Source: Antedon mediterranea (taxonomy: Eukaryota > Animalia > Echinodermata). From it: a stretch of 64,000 bases of DNA. The position numbers were made by a program, and so were the translations under genes. How positions within the stretch are numbered: position 1 is the first letter of the stretch; each line of letters opens with the position of its first letter. Shown one piece after another: positions 36,922 through 49,000 of this stretch. A model generated the notes under the pieces. It saw only the letters and a program-made list of their open reading frames with translations. It was not told the DNA's origin and did no database searches. The stretch covers positions 3,130,201 to 3,194,200 of the forward strand of contig NC_092679.1 of NCBI RefSeq assembly GCF_964355755.1. The letters are read 5' to 3'.

Positions 36922-39900
36922 ATGCCTGGATCAAAAGGTTTGACATTTATTTTAAAATAAACAAACAGTCTTGCAACAATAATTTTTTTTTTTATTTAAA
37001 TATTTTTAAATTCTTATCTTTATTTGTTATTATACTTATTATTTATTTAATTTTTCCCCAGTTCTTTCTTTTTTATTTTGATAATATTTACTTGTCTCTC
37101 CTTAGGTAATCCTGCCACAATATTCTTACTTATCTTTTGAGGTTCTGGCTCTTAATTTGTCATTGTTTTTTTTTTAACTATCTGTCTTTTGTACGAAAAG
37201 AAATGCATTTGGGAACGTTAAAAAAAAGGAATATTTCTTTTTTTCATTTTATACTGTATGTAACTTTATCAAATAATAATTTAGTTTAGTAGTGGAGCTG
37301 TAGCTTGGAGGTTAACGTGCTTGCCTTCCAATCCCAAGTTAAAACCTAGAGCCAGGGTTTTAACTCATGGCTCTTTCACTTTAAGGACCATTGGATACAC
37401 ATGTTCTTAGAATACTACTAATCTTTCCAAATTATTATTTAAGCTGTTGCAGCTAAGCCTAAAAAAGCAAGAGCATACAAGCTGCCTAAGCCTCTTCCAG
37501 AGGGAGAAATACTAACAGAGCATTCTGGGAAACGACAATGGCGTATTGGATCAATCATCGGACAGGGAGGCTTTGGATATATCTACCTAGGTAAATAATG
37601 ATGCTTTAGATTGGTGGTTAACATGCTTGCCTTTCAATCCCAAGGTCCGGTGTTCAATCCTGACCTAGTGCCAGAGTGGTAACTCGCAACTCTTTCAACT
37701 CCACTCCCTAAGCCTCAAATGAGACTTGGTTTATATATTATAAACACAATAAAATAGTTTATCTATCCTGTAAGTTTGTGCTCGCTGTTGGATATTCATA
37801 TTCATTTATTTTCCAGATAAAGAAAAATACAATAATACTTACAAAAAGCATAAAGTTACATAAAAGCAAGCATACGAAATACAAATATAAAAACAATATA
37901 TATAGTTTATTTTTATTATTTGGGATTGAACTTAATTATAGGCTTATTTTGCCCAGTTGCAAAACAAAATAAAGGTGCAAAACAAGACAACTACATTTTT
38001 TTTTTTTCAGCATCAGACAATGTAAAAGAAAAGGTGGTGGCGGAAGCACAACATGTATTAAAAATTGTAAGTGTTATAGTAAAGAAATTCATTATTTTAT
38101 TTTTTGAACTTTGTATAAAATTAGGTGTTCATTGAAACATGAGGTTTAATTTATATTGCTAGGAACCACAAGGAAATGGACCCCTTTTTGTTGAATTGCA
38201 CTTCTATCAACGGGCAGCTAAGGAAGAAATGTGTAAGCCACTTTTTAAATTATCTTGTTTTCCAATTTGTTTGCAATTTACACACTTTTAATTCGAAATT
38301 CAAGAAAAATTTGTAATTGATTGTAGCAAGTTCCCACAATCATGTTGATTATCACAGAACTAGAAGTCAGTGCGGAGGGGGTGTAGTTCTTGTTGGGTGT
38401 TTTATTAAGCTAAAATCTTGAAAACTAAGACCCAAGATATCTTATCTTAGTATGGTTACATTTTATATTAGTATTTTATATAATTTATAATTCAATTTTG
38501 ATTGGAAGGATTACTAATATAAACCAGAATATAAAATCTTATCTTTCTAACAAAAAAGAAATATTTGTCTTGTTTATAATGGATTAACTATTATGTTGGC
38601 ATGGCTGTTTTATTTTAGTGGAACAATTTCGTAAATCTCACAAGCTACCATACGTAGGTGTTCCAAAATTTATCAGTACTGGTCTGCACGAAACAAACAA
38701 AGTGAAGTACCGCTTCATGGTCATGCAGCGCTTTGGTGAGGATTTATATAAAAAGCTTAAAGCTACGAATCAGCGGTTTACACCAAAAATAACATACATG
38801 CTTGCAAAGCGTATAGTAAGTATATTTCCATTCTTTTACAAAAGTACTTGCTGCAGAAACCTCTTTAAAATAAATCTTACTCCGTATTCGGTGAAACTAT
38901 TTTAAGTTTTAAGCCTTCATACAGTAGTTGAAGGCTACTTTCTCCATATTTAGTGAAACTTTCTCCATATTTGGTAAAACTTTCTCCATATTTGGTAAAA
39001 CTTTCTCTATATTTGGTGAAACTTACTTCATATTTGGTGAAACTTTCTCAATATTTGGTGAAACTTGCTCCATATTTGGTGAAACTTACTCCATATTTTG
39101 TGAAACTTACTACAAATTTTTTTGAAACTTGCTCTATATTTGGTGAAACTTTCTCCATATCTGGTGAAACTTTCTCCATATTCTTACTCCATATTTGGTG
39201 AAACTTACTCCAAATTCTTACTCCATATTTGGTGAAACTTTCTCCATATTTGGTGAAACTTTCTCCATATTCTTACTCCATATTTTGTGAAACTTTCTCC
39301 ATATTTGGTGAAACTTTCTCCATATTCTTACTCCATATTTGGTGAAACTTTCTCCATATTTGGTGAAACTTACTCCAAATTTGGTAAAACTTTCTTCAAA
39401 TTTGGTGGTTGATAGATAAGCATGGTATACATATATAATAGTTAGATTTACATTTCATTAGTCCCCAGGAGAGAAAGAAACTTGCCCGTTTCATTTATTT
39501 ATTTTTAAAAACACAAAATAAAATGGGTTCCTTTTTTTACCTTTGACACTGATGATGAGCATCTTATCACTAACTATACTCCAATAATATTTGCTATTTG
39601 TTTCAGTTAAATACCTTGGAATATCTACATGAAAATGGGTATATACATGCTGATATTAAAGCTGCTAATTTGATGATGGGACATGGACCAAAAGCTGAAA
39701 ATCAAGTAAGTGTTGAAATTATCTATTTTGTGCATAGCTTACCTGGATAGACCAACATTAACCATTCTCTCCCAAGAGAGCAAATAATAAATTTAAGGTA
39801 GATTAAAAGAGTTTTGTTAAAACATATTCCAAAATATATGAAACCAGTTTTTTTAAATTAAAGAGAGATCATAGTTCAGTTTTACTTTTACAGTTGTTTT

Positions 39901-42900
39901 TGGTTGACTATGGACTTGCCTATCGCTACAAACCTGACGGAACTCACAAGCCTTACAAGGAAGATCCCAGGAAGGCGCACGATGGTACACTTGAATACAC
40001 AAGTCGTGATGCGCACAAAGGAGTGGGTAAGCATGTACGCACAATGAACCTTTATTAAAGGGACACATTCAGTAGCAAACTATGTGTCCACTTAATAAGT
40101 GTTAAAACATATATTACCACTTGTTCAACAGGGAAATGTCTCTGAATAGGGGCACCAAAAATAGCTGCCACGTTCGAATATAGTTTAAACCTTTCTAGTA
40201 CAATTATGGTCACCCATATACATGTATAACAAAAATGTTGATATTAATATAAAGGCAAAAAAATGACAATGCTGTGGATCTCAATCGAGATACAAAATAA
40301 AATATGCAGAAAACTAAATCAAAATGATAAAGTAAAAAAGCCAGAAAAATTAGCAGAGGTCCTGGCAACACTAGCCCTTCATCAGAGCAAGTGAGAGTAC
40401 TTGGACAAAATTGAGAATATTAAGCAAGACAAACGCTGCCAGAGAGGACTGGAATAAAATAAATAAAAACAAAGTACTAAGTTTATTACAAAAACATTTG
40501 TAAAGTTTCTTGAAAGTCTCAGGATATTGTAGTACACTCAATGATAGTTTCTTGTTTATTTTTACTAATACTACAAATTGGTAAATGCTTACTTATTACA
40601 TACTGTTTTCTCTCTGTTTAGTACCATCTAGAAGAGCAGATATTGAAATCTTAGGTTACAACATTTTACATTGGTTAAGTGGCAAACTTCCTTGGGACAA
40701 CATTCAAGATCCTGATAAAGTCAGTGATATGAAACAAAAGTAAGATACTCATGTTGTATTTCTGCACTAAAGTAGAGTATAAAGGGACACCTGTACAAAG
40801 TGTCCACTTAATAGGAGTGTCCACTTCATAGGAGTGTCCACTTCATAGGAGTGTCCACTTAAAGATATATTGTCCCCCTAAAAAAAACTTCTTTTTTTTT
40901 TCAAATTTGTTGTTGAATAATAATATCACATAATAGTTATTCACTTTGAACAAAAACTGGATCGAACAAAAAAAATTACCGAAAAAAATGTAATTTGAAG
41001 CAAAATATACTTAAATTGTCTGTCGAACAATGTTTTTTTGGTTAAAATTAACTGGGTTTTTTTTGTCTTATAAGTGAAATAATTGTTTTATTTTTTGTTT
41101 TCTTTTACAGAAATAAATAACTACAAATGGCCTATTTAAAGTCTGATTTTATTATTCTTTATTTTTCATGTTTTTGTGGGACAATACATCTTTGATAGGA
41201 GTGTCCACCTAATTGGAGGGTATCCCCTGAGAAAGAGTTGGTTGTAGTGTTATAACATATATTGCTGCTCAAGATTCCAATCCCAATGCCCTTCTCTCCA
41301 TTTCCTGTGTCCACCTCCACTTTGTTTTATTTTCCTCCTGTCTTCTGGAAACCATGTTGTATTTGTTTATCTGCAGGTATATGTTGGACGTCAGTGGCTT
41401 GCTTGGTGAATGTTTTGGAGGGGAAAGTTTCACAGGAAAAGGTAAAGTACAAATAAGAATAGAAATACCCTATTTAGTAATGCTGTTTCCAGGATGAACC
41501 TATTACAGTAGCAATAACACTGATGAATGTTATTTAGTTTTAAAAGTTAAAATTTGAACTAGATTTAATTCGTCACTATGACGAATTATAGGTTATATGC
41601 ATTGATTTAAATAAAGATAATTGATTTTTAAAAGATATATTGATTGATTGATTTTCTCAGAATCTTTAATTATTTATAATATATGATAGGACCTTGCTAA
41701 CGCGAACACCATAGCCGGTATCACAATCCGATCAAAGATCCATATGCGTATAATGTCATAAACCACATTTGTTGTTACATAATAATAAAGACATAAGTTA
41801 ATTTTTATCTAGATTTCATTATAAATCATGTGTATAATCTATACACTAAGAAATAAATTTGAACAAACAATACGGATAATAAAAAAAAATCTTATTTCGT
41901 TTCCCAAGGTGAGACTCGATCTCGGTACCTTGAATGCCATAGACACGAGCACAGACCATCGAGCCATATACAACTGACTAAAAGTTGTAGAAAAATTCCT
42001 CTGTGTATTTACTATGCAGCAACCACTTTGGTGCAAATAGATTATTACATACCGAAATGAATTATAATTTTTTACTATGATGACATCTTTAAAATGTAAA
42101 CAAATGATGCACTGTCAAACTACATACTTTTAACTTTAATATATGAACTTTTGAAGGAAGAAAGTTAATGTTAAGTTTGTTATTTTGGCCTAAGAAAATG
42201 TCATTTGTTTGATTGTCGAAATTATTTTTTTAAAATTTAATATGCAATTAATGATGACTTAATCAACTTTTGTTCTCTTAATTTGATAATAAATCATGCA
42301 TATGATACATACACTTCTAGAAAATGAAATAAAAAATAGGTATTCCCCTGCATTCTGATGAAATATATTAATTTTAAAATTTAGCATTTTCACCATTTTG
42401 TTAACTTATACGTGCGTAGCCAGTCACTTTTGACGTGCTCGTATAACGCAATTTCGAGTTGAAACGTGAATCAAATATGATGATATTATTAAAGAAAGAT
42501 TGTAAAACAGAAATCGGGCAAAAAAGTGCGCACTAACGCGCAGTGCGCGTGCAAAATTCTGCGCACTTATGGAAATTTTTTAAACGCTTAAAATTGCCTG
42601 AAACGTACTCTAATTTCATCGAAAATAAATTTTGAACATTTTAAGCGCGCGTACGCAAGCGTTATATGCGCTACGCACGTAATTGTATTGCCATATGATG
42701 AAATATGACCTGAAATGTATGAGTACCAAATTTTGTTTAATTGTGATTCATGCTTGTGAAGATATGATTACAAACGTGATTTCGTAAAATCGCGCGTAGA
42801 CCGCGTAATTTTTGATTGCGCATCGTGAAAATATAACGACATCGATTCCTGGCCATAAGGAATATACTCTAAAAACTTGACTTAGCTAGATGACACGGAC

Positions 42901-44825
42901 AAAATAGTGCTAAGGAAAGAATAAATAAATAAATAAATAAATAAAGATTCTGACAGAATCAAGAGGTTATATGCATTAATGCATATAACCCAATTAGGTC
43001 ATCTTAACTTCTCATCTGAAGGACAATACAGAGTGGTATTCATAAAATGCATTTTTTCTTTTCTAAATCTTTTTTATGACAGCTGAAGTTGAAAAATACT
43101 TAAAATATGCACAAAGATTGAAATATGAGGAAAAGCCAGACTATGTTCAACTAAGAAAACTTTTTGAAGACGCCCTGAAAAAGAATGGCCTGAAAGATGA
43201 CGGCAAGTTTTCTTTTGAAAGTGTAACAAACAGTCCAGTTAAAAATGCTAAATCAAAGGGAAAGATTCCAGCTAAACGGAAATCAGAAGATGTCACAAAT
43301 GGCAGCCCAAGAAAAAAGGTAAAGTCACCAAATGGTATGTCTTCCGAGTCGATTTCCCCAGAAAAGAGAAGAAGTCCAAGAAAAAGGCCTCAATCAAAGA
43401 AGGCTGTGTCTCCTGTAGGAGAGAGTTCTCCAGCAAAGAGAAGAAAACCAGTTGGGGGAACCAAAAGAAAAATCACAAGTTCCTCCTCCGATTGTGCAGA
43501 TGAAGAACCAAAGCAACAAATAAAAAAACAAGCGGCGGCAGCAGGAAATAGGAGGATGAAAAAAGCATCTGCAATGTGCTCCATATCGTCGTCGGACACT
43601 TCAACAGAAGAAAAGAAACAGGCCTCACCAAAGAAACAACTTCAATCCAAAGGTAAATTTCTCTCTAAATATGTTTCCTAGTCTTATACATTGCTTTTTT
43701 CATATTACTTCTAGCATAATTTAACCAGTAGAACCCCCTCTTTTGGCACACCTATATTTCAATTTTTTATTTTCACATAATACTACTGCTACAACCAAGT
43801 ACATGGAGGATGCATATTTTAAGATTTTAAGCTAATAAGCACCCATAAAAAAATAATAAATATTGAATTAATTAAAAGCAATGAATAAATATATAAGGCG
43901 ACACCCTTATTAAGGGGCAACTTACATATGAATCAAGCAAGTGGAAATATATGTTTTAACACCAAGGCCACCCCCTTTTCAGGGGACACCTTTATCAATC
44001 AATCAATTTTATTTCTCAAATAAAAACAAAATATAGGTACATTTTCTAGAAATAATAGATAATAAATGAGAAAAAGGGTACCCCACTGGAAGCTTAAGCT
44101 TTAAAATGTGGGGTCCAGGCAACATATTTAAAATTAAGGTGAGGTAAGAAATATATATAATTATATGATAATGAACAAAAAAGACATTTAACTTAACAAA
44201 TGCAGTTATAATTTAACTTAAGACAGATATATTATTAGCTTAAACAATAATAGTAGAAACAAGTTAATCATGTAATTTGAACTTAAATGAAGATATAAAA
44301 TTAATAATTTTGAGTTCTTCAGGTAAAGAATTCCATATTTGTGGTCCTTGAAAAAATATATCATGCTTGCCAACCTCCGTATTAAAACAATCATAAGCAT
44401 AATCTAATTTATTTCTGGTATTATAATTATGAATTGAACTAAAAGTTTGAAAATAAGTATCAAAAATTCTGGGCAGTTGATTATGTTTGAATTTAAACAT
44501 AAATAAAGCAACATTTTTTGTAAGTAAGTCGTAAATATTAAGTGTATTAGATAAGACAAAAAGAGGAGCAGAATGGTGGAGGTAATGTACATTATAAACG
44601 GATCTTAAAGCTCTTTTTTGCAAAATATAAATACGGTTTAGATTAATTTTTAAAGGGCTTCTTCTGTATTACTTTTCAGTGTTGTGATTTTTCTTCTATA
44701 CTATAGGCAAACCAGTAAAGAAAACAGCAATCAAAAATTCAAAAAGAAAAAAAATGATTGATACAGAGATCCAAACATCTCCAGGCTTGTTGCTAAGATA
44801 CATTGAGAGTAGAATCTCAAAATAA
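36922..44825 (+). CDS. VRK1: Vaccinia-related serine/threonine kinase (VRK1/VRK2 co-orthologue), about 529 aa, 11 coding exons
   Basis: Exons 36922-36937, 37444(or 37453)-37590, 38011-38066, 38163-38232, 38619-38815, 39607-39705, 39894-40026, 40622-40739, 41377-41441, 43083-43652, 44707-44825 (TAA). Motifs [100 protein letters not shown]. Probable non-coding first exon ending near 36429 (GTAAGT). Confidence 0.95.
38937..39408. repeat. 21-bp minisatellite (CCATATTTGGTGAAACTTTCT) in a VRK intron
   Basis: Over 20 tandem units with interspersed shorter variant units. It explains the repetitive ORFs 38928-39125 and 38953-39201. Confidence 0.95.
40863..41191. mobile_element. Kolobok-like MITE, second copy
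   Basis: TTAA|AGATATATTGTCCCC...GGGACAATACATCT|TTGA; interior similar to 1926-2230. Confidence 0.72.
41557..42994 (+). mobile_element. Helentron/HINE-like non-autonomous element
   Basis: Starts AACTAG with a small hairpin and GGTTATATGCAT. Near the other end an (AATA)n microsatellite and terminal hairpin GGTTATATGCAT-TA-ATGCATATAACC. CpG-rich core shared with 53885-54406. Confidence 0.6.
43995..44650 (-). mobile_element. 5'-truncated non-LTR retrotransposon (CR1/L2-group-like) 3' remnant
   Basis: Frame 44623-44264 [43 protein letters not shown] is typical of post-RT C-termini. 3' end AATAAAA(TTGA)n. Confidence 0.8.
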
Positions 44826-46093
44826 ATGAATTGCAGAAGAAAGATGCATACTCACTCACATTCCCTTTATGCTACAAAACGCCCCCCCCTCCCTTCTTCT
44901 TCCACTTCCCACATGGTGAAAATATTTGTAAACATCTTCCCAACAAAGGTTGATTTTGGACTGTATACTGGTTATTGTTAAAAACATTCACTATACAGTA
45001 TTTATTCATCAACATTTAAACATACATACACTCAAACTCCCCTTTGGGAAACCTCCTATTAAAGGGACACTTTCCAATGACATAAACAATGGGGAATATA
45101 TGTTTTGATACTACAACCAACCCCTATTCAGGGGACACTATTATGATACACTGTATTGGGTCCCAAAGGCGTCCCCTTAACAGATGTTCTACAATAGACT
45201 CATATCAAACACAAAAAATAATGCCATACCAGTTATCAATGCAAACAACACTAATACTTTATTAGAACATTTAAATTATATAAGTAAGGTCAAATCAATC
45301 AATGCCATACAGTAATAAAACAAGTTGATGATTATTTACCCAAAATACTGCACTATAAAAAGTTATTGGAATATATTATTAGTACCAGTTAATTATATTA
45401 ATGCTCTAACCTATTTGTGTTTATTTAAATTCAAAAGCTAATTTTTCTGTGAATGTAAGTCCTAATTTCGTATAAAATACATATATTTTTTGTTTAAAGC
45501 TTTGATAAAAAACCACTTCCTAGATTCTAGAACTACTGTACTTTTTTTCTAATGAATTGTAAAATAAATGTTTTATGTAAAATATGAATATTGATATTTT
45601 AAAATCCATAACATTTCTTGAAATACAATATGGTATTTTATAAACAAGTTTAGTCTAGTTCCATTCTTGACTTTCCGCCCACTCTCGAAAGTTGTTTATT
45701 CGGAAACAGTTTCTTTGTAGTAATGCCACTAAACAAGTGCTCAAATTTGCCAGTGCCAGTCGCATTATCATAGGGTAGCAGTCGACATTGTCAACATGAA
45801 AATCTAAAAGTCTCTGATGACTTGAAATGAAAATTCCAGGTATAGATTAAAAATTTGTTAAAAATATAATTTTGTTTGACATGTTTCAGTTAAGCGTCTT
45901 GGATAATAAGTCGTATTAAATTATTATAGTCATAATATGCGCTCATAAGAATATTAAACGTCAACCGCTACATATGACCTTAGCGGTAGTTCTTTAAAAG
46001 TGCAAAGCCAGATGTCACCTAATTCTGCAGGTAGGTATGCATTGCCTGGAAAAAGAATCGCCTGTCTCTGCCTCACTGGTTAATCATGTCTCA

Positions 46094-49000
46094 TTACTTA
46101 TCTTCAAGTCTTGCTGTGATTGGTTGACTACAATATGGACACTCCCCATATATGTTTTTGAATCCATATTTGGTAAGGCTTTGGTTGCTAGTTGGTAATG
46201 ATCGTAACCACTAAAGAAAAATGGTGTTAAAATTATATAAATAATAATAATGTATTGAGAAATAGATTTTTTAGCACGCTGAGCACATTGGTGTTGAAGC
46301 AAAGCTCACAACACCAGTGGAAATTGAGTAAGGTGTAAAAGAAATGCAAAGATCTCGCACTCAATATATAATACCAACTGTCACCACGGTATGTTTTATG
46401 ACGGTAAACCACAGAACACCGGTATAAACGCTTAAGAACTCCCTTTAGTCGTAACTCTTATATATGGCTCTTCCTAAAAATATTGGCACACTTAATGCGT
46501 GCCGAAGGTGAAAATTGTGCTGGCAACTCATTATTTCACTGACTTATTAAACAACGCATTAATGGATTATAAACATTATATGGACCAATAGTATTAGTAT
46601 GTTTTCTACTCTCTTATTAATATCTAGAGTAGCATAGAAATGTGATGTATACATATTGGGAGACTTTTTGGTTTATCTTAAATATCGGGAGAAATTGCAC
46701 TTCAGCTGGAGATGACTCAAAATATTGGAAGACTACCACTTTTATCAGGAGAGTTGTGGAGGTCTGATTAGTACAGCATAGTTCTTGGCAGACAGACCTC
46801 TGGAAGAACAGAAGAAACAAACAATACTTGCCTCATATAAGCATGCTTGATGGAATGGTTTGCTACATGCTGGAAACTCGCACACTTTATCCGGTATTTC
46901 TCCTTCAAGTCGATAGAGGTAGCAAATACTGCACTCCAAGCAAAAATCCTGCAGATTCAGACAAAAGAAAGCTATATAAACAATGCTTTGGTGTTAACAG
47001 TTAGTTACTATATTAGACTTGTCCAACATCTCTAGTTGATGTCTTTTTTATGTTCGTATTCCAGTCAGCCTTTCAATTTTTGTCTGTTTCCAGCTCAAGT
47101 TCAATTTTCGTCATCATCGTCATATTTTATATAAATAACCTCTCGCTATGGCCTTGCAAGTATTATATGTATGAAACGCCATGTGTGCCAAAATATAAGG
47201 TCGAATCGCCAGTAATATAATTTAAATATCATTTATTACCTCTTTCTTGGAGGAGATTTGAGATGGGAACGTTATTTCCATCAAGGCTTGTAAGTTGTGT
47301 AGTATTGAATGCGATGTGTTCCAAAGGTGGACGGACTTGTTCATGTTGTCTCGTAACGGTTTAACGACTTTATCCGCTCCTAAGAATCGACATTCGGGCA
47401 AGTGCGTTGGATGAAGCGGATTTACAATTATTTGAACTGAGGAATTGTTGCCTATCATCAAAATAAGAAATGTAGCAGAACTACAGAATTTGAATTTGTA
47501 ATTTATACTGGGCGACCTCTTCAGTCAAAGACTGGTCTCCCAGAGGGCACAGTCATGATCAATGGCTGTGTGTGTACTAGTACACCAGGGTAACCCCCTA
47601 CTCATCTCGAAAGATGTACTAGGTTTTTTAAAGTGCACATGAGCTATGTGTGTACACTGGACCTACTGTTTGTAGTCCTTATCCCTGAAGACTTGTTCTA
47701 TCACCAGAACCATGGAGCGATTGAGCCTCGAACCTTTGCCGATGTAATGGCTACGTAGTTACGGTTTATCGTCTTAACCGCTTGGCCACTCACTCACTTA
47801 AATGAAGAATATCTACCTAAAGCAATTCGTCTAGCATTGTCTTTCCTACGAGGGTTCTCTGGTTCCAGCACCCATGTTGACCTGTCAATCTCATCCAGAC
47901 AATTCCAAAAAATCTGATGTCTCTCAACAACTTTGTCAAATTGTTTTATAACATCTGCAAGTGTCATCTGTATAAAAACAATAGTTTCAGTTTATACAGT
48001 GGAATAGATATTTGCTTATTTTATATCATTCATCCCAATCAGTGATGTAGCAGTAAGAAATAAAGCAGTTCGGTTGCCACTGTTCTGTTCAAGGCACTGT
48101 GTTGTCAAAGGCCTCTGTGAAAAGTGGTTGAAACCTATCTATGGCCAAGGAGTGACCTGTGCTGGTTTTATGGCTATGGTTTGCAATGCTGTCTTTACTA
48201 TCAAACTAGTTTGACAAAAAAAGTGTGATATGTGCCCAAATATGGTAGTGATTTGCCTAAATATGGTAGTGATATGACATTATTATGTCCATATATGGGC
48301 ACATCACTAACTTTTTTTTTGTAACAAAGTTTGATAGTGTAGACAGAGGTTAAACCACTTGGCCACTAAACTCCATATCAAAATAATCATGTACATTAAT
48401 TAATGTACCATGTACAGTACTTACAGAATTATTCCACAGCAGTATAAATTCAGAGGGCAAGTCTGTGCTGCATTCTGGTATTTCATTTGGGTACTTTATG
48501 AAAAAAAATGTATAAAACATTTAAGTAAGAAACTATATATACCATAGTCTCTGCAGTAGTTACTGAATGTACAGTAAGCTATTGCAATCAATTGATATAG
48601 CATATCACATTTTTAATTTATGCAGTACATGATAGATTTTATATTGTAACCATTATAGCATAGTATAAAACTGACTCCAAATAATACAGTATAAAACATA
48701 CTGTAGTATTGTAAATTATAGCATAGTATAACACTGACTCCAAATAACAAGAGGCAGGCCATAATTCAGACAATGTTTGATCTCTTTGATCGTCATCATA
48801 ATAAATGTAACCAGTTTAGTTGTTTTATAAAATGTTTAAATGAATCACTTCTGTTATGTAACTATATTTCATATCTGTTAATAATCTTTACAAATGAAAC
48901 ATTGGATATAGCCTGGTTTCCATAAAATCGCTACACCGTCGCTACAGCGTTTTCCATTAAAATCGCTACACGCGCAGATGTCGCCGACGCAATCGGGAAG

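Noticed and set aside
37444-37453. Alternative in-frame acceptors 9 nt apart in VRK
   Set aside because: Both are plausible and differ by three residues; cannot be resolved without transcripts and of little consequence.
38928-39201. Repetitive ORFs (FSIFGET / VKLSPYL)n and possible CRISPR-like array
   Set aside because: Translations of a 21-bp minisatellite; no unique spacers, no cas genes, eukaryotic intron.
46617-46820. ORF as the FANCL terminal exon
   Set aside because: No RING residues; the true end (WLRSL..GECPYC) is at 46210-46094 after a GC donor.
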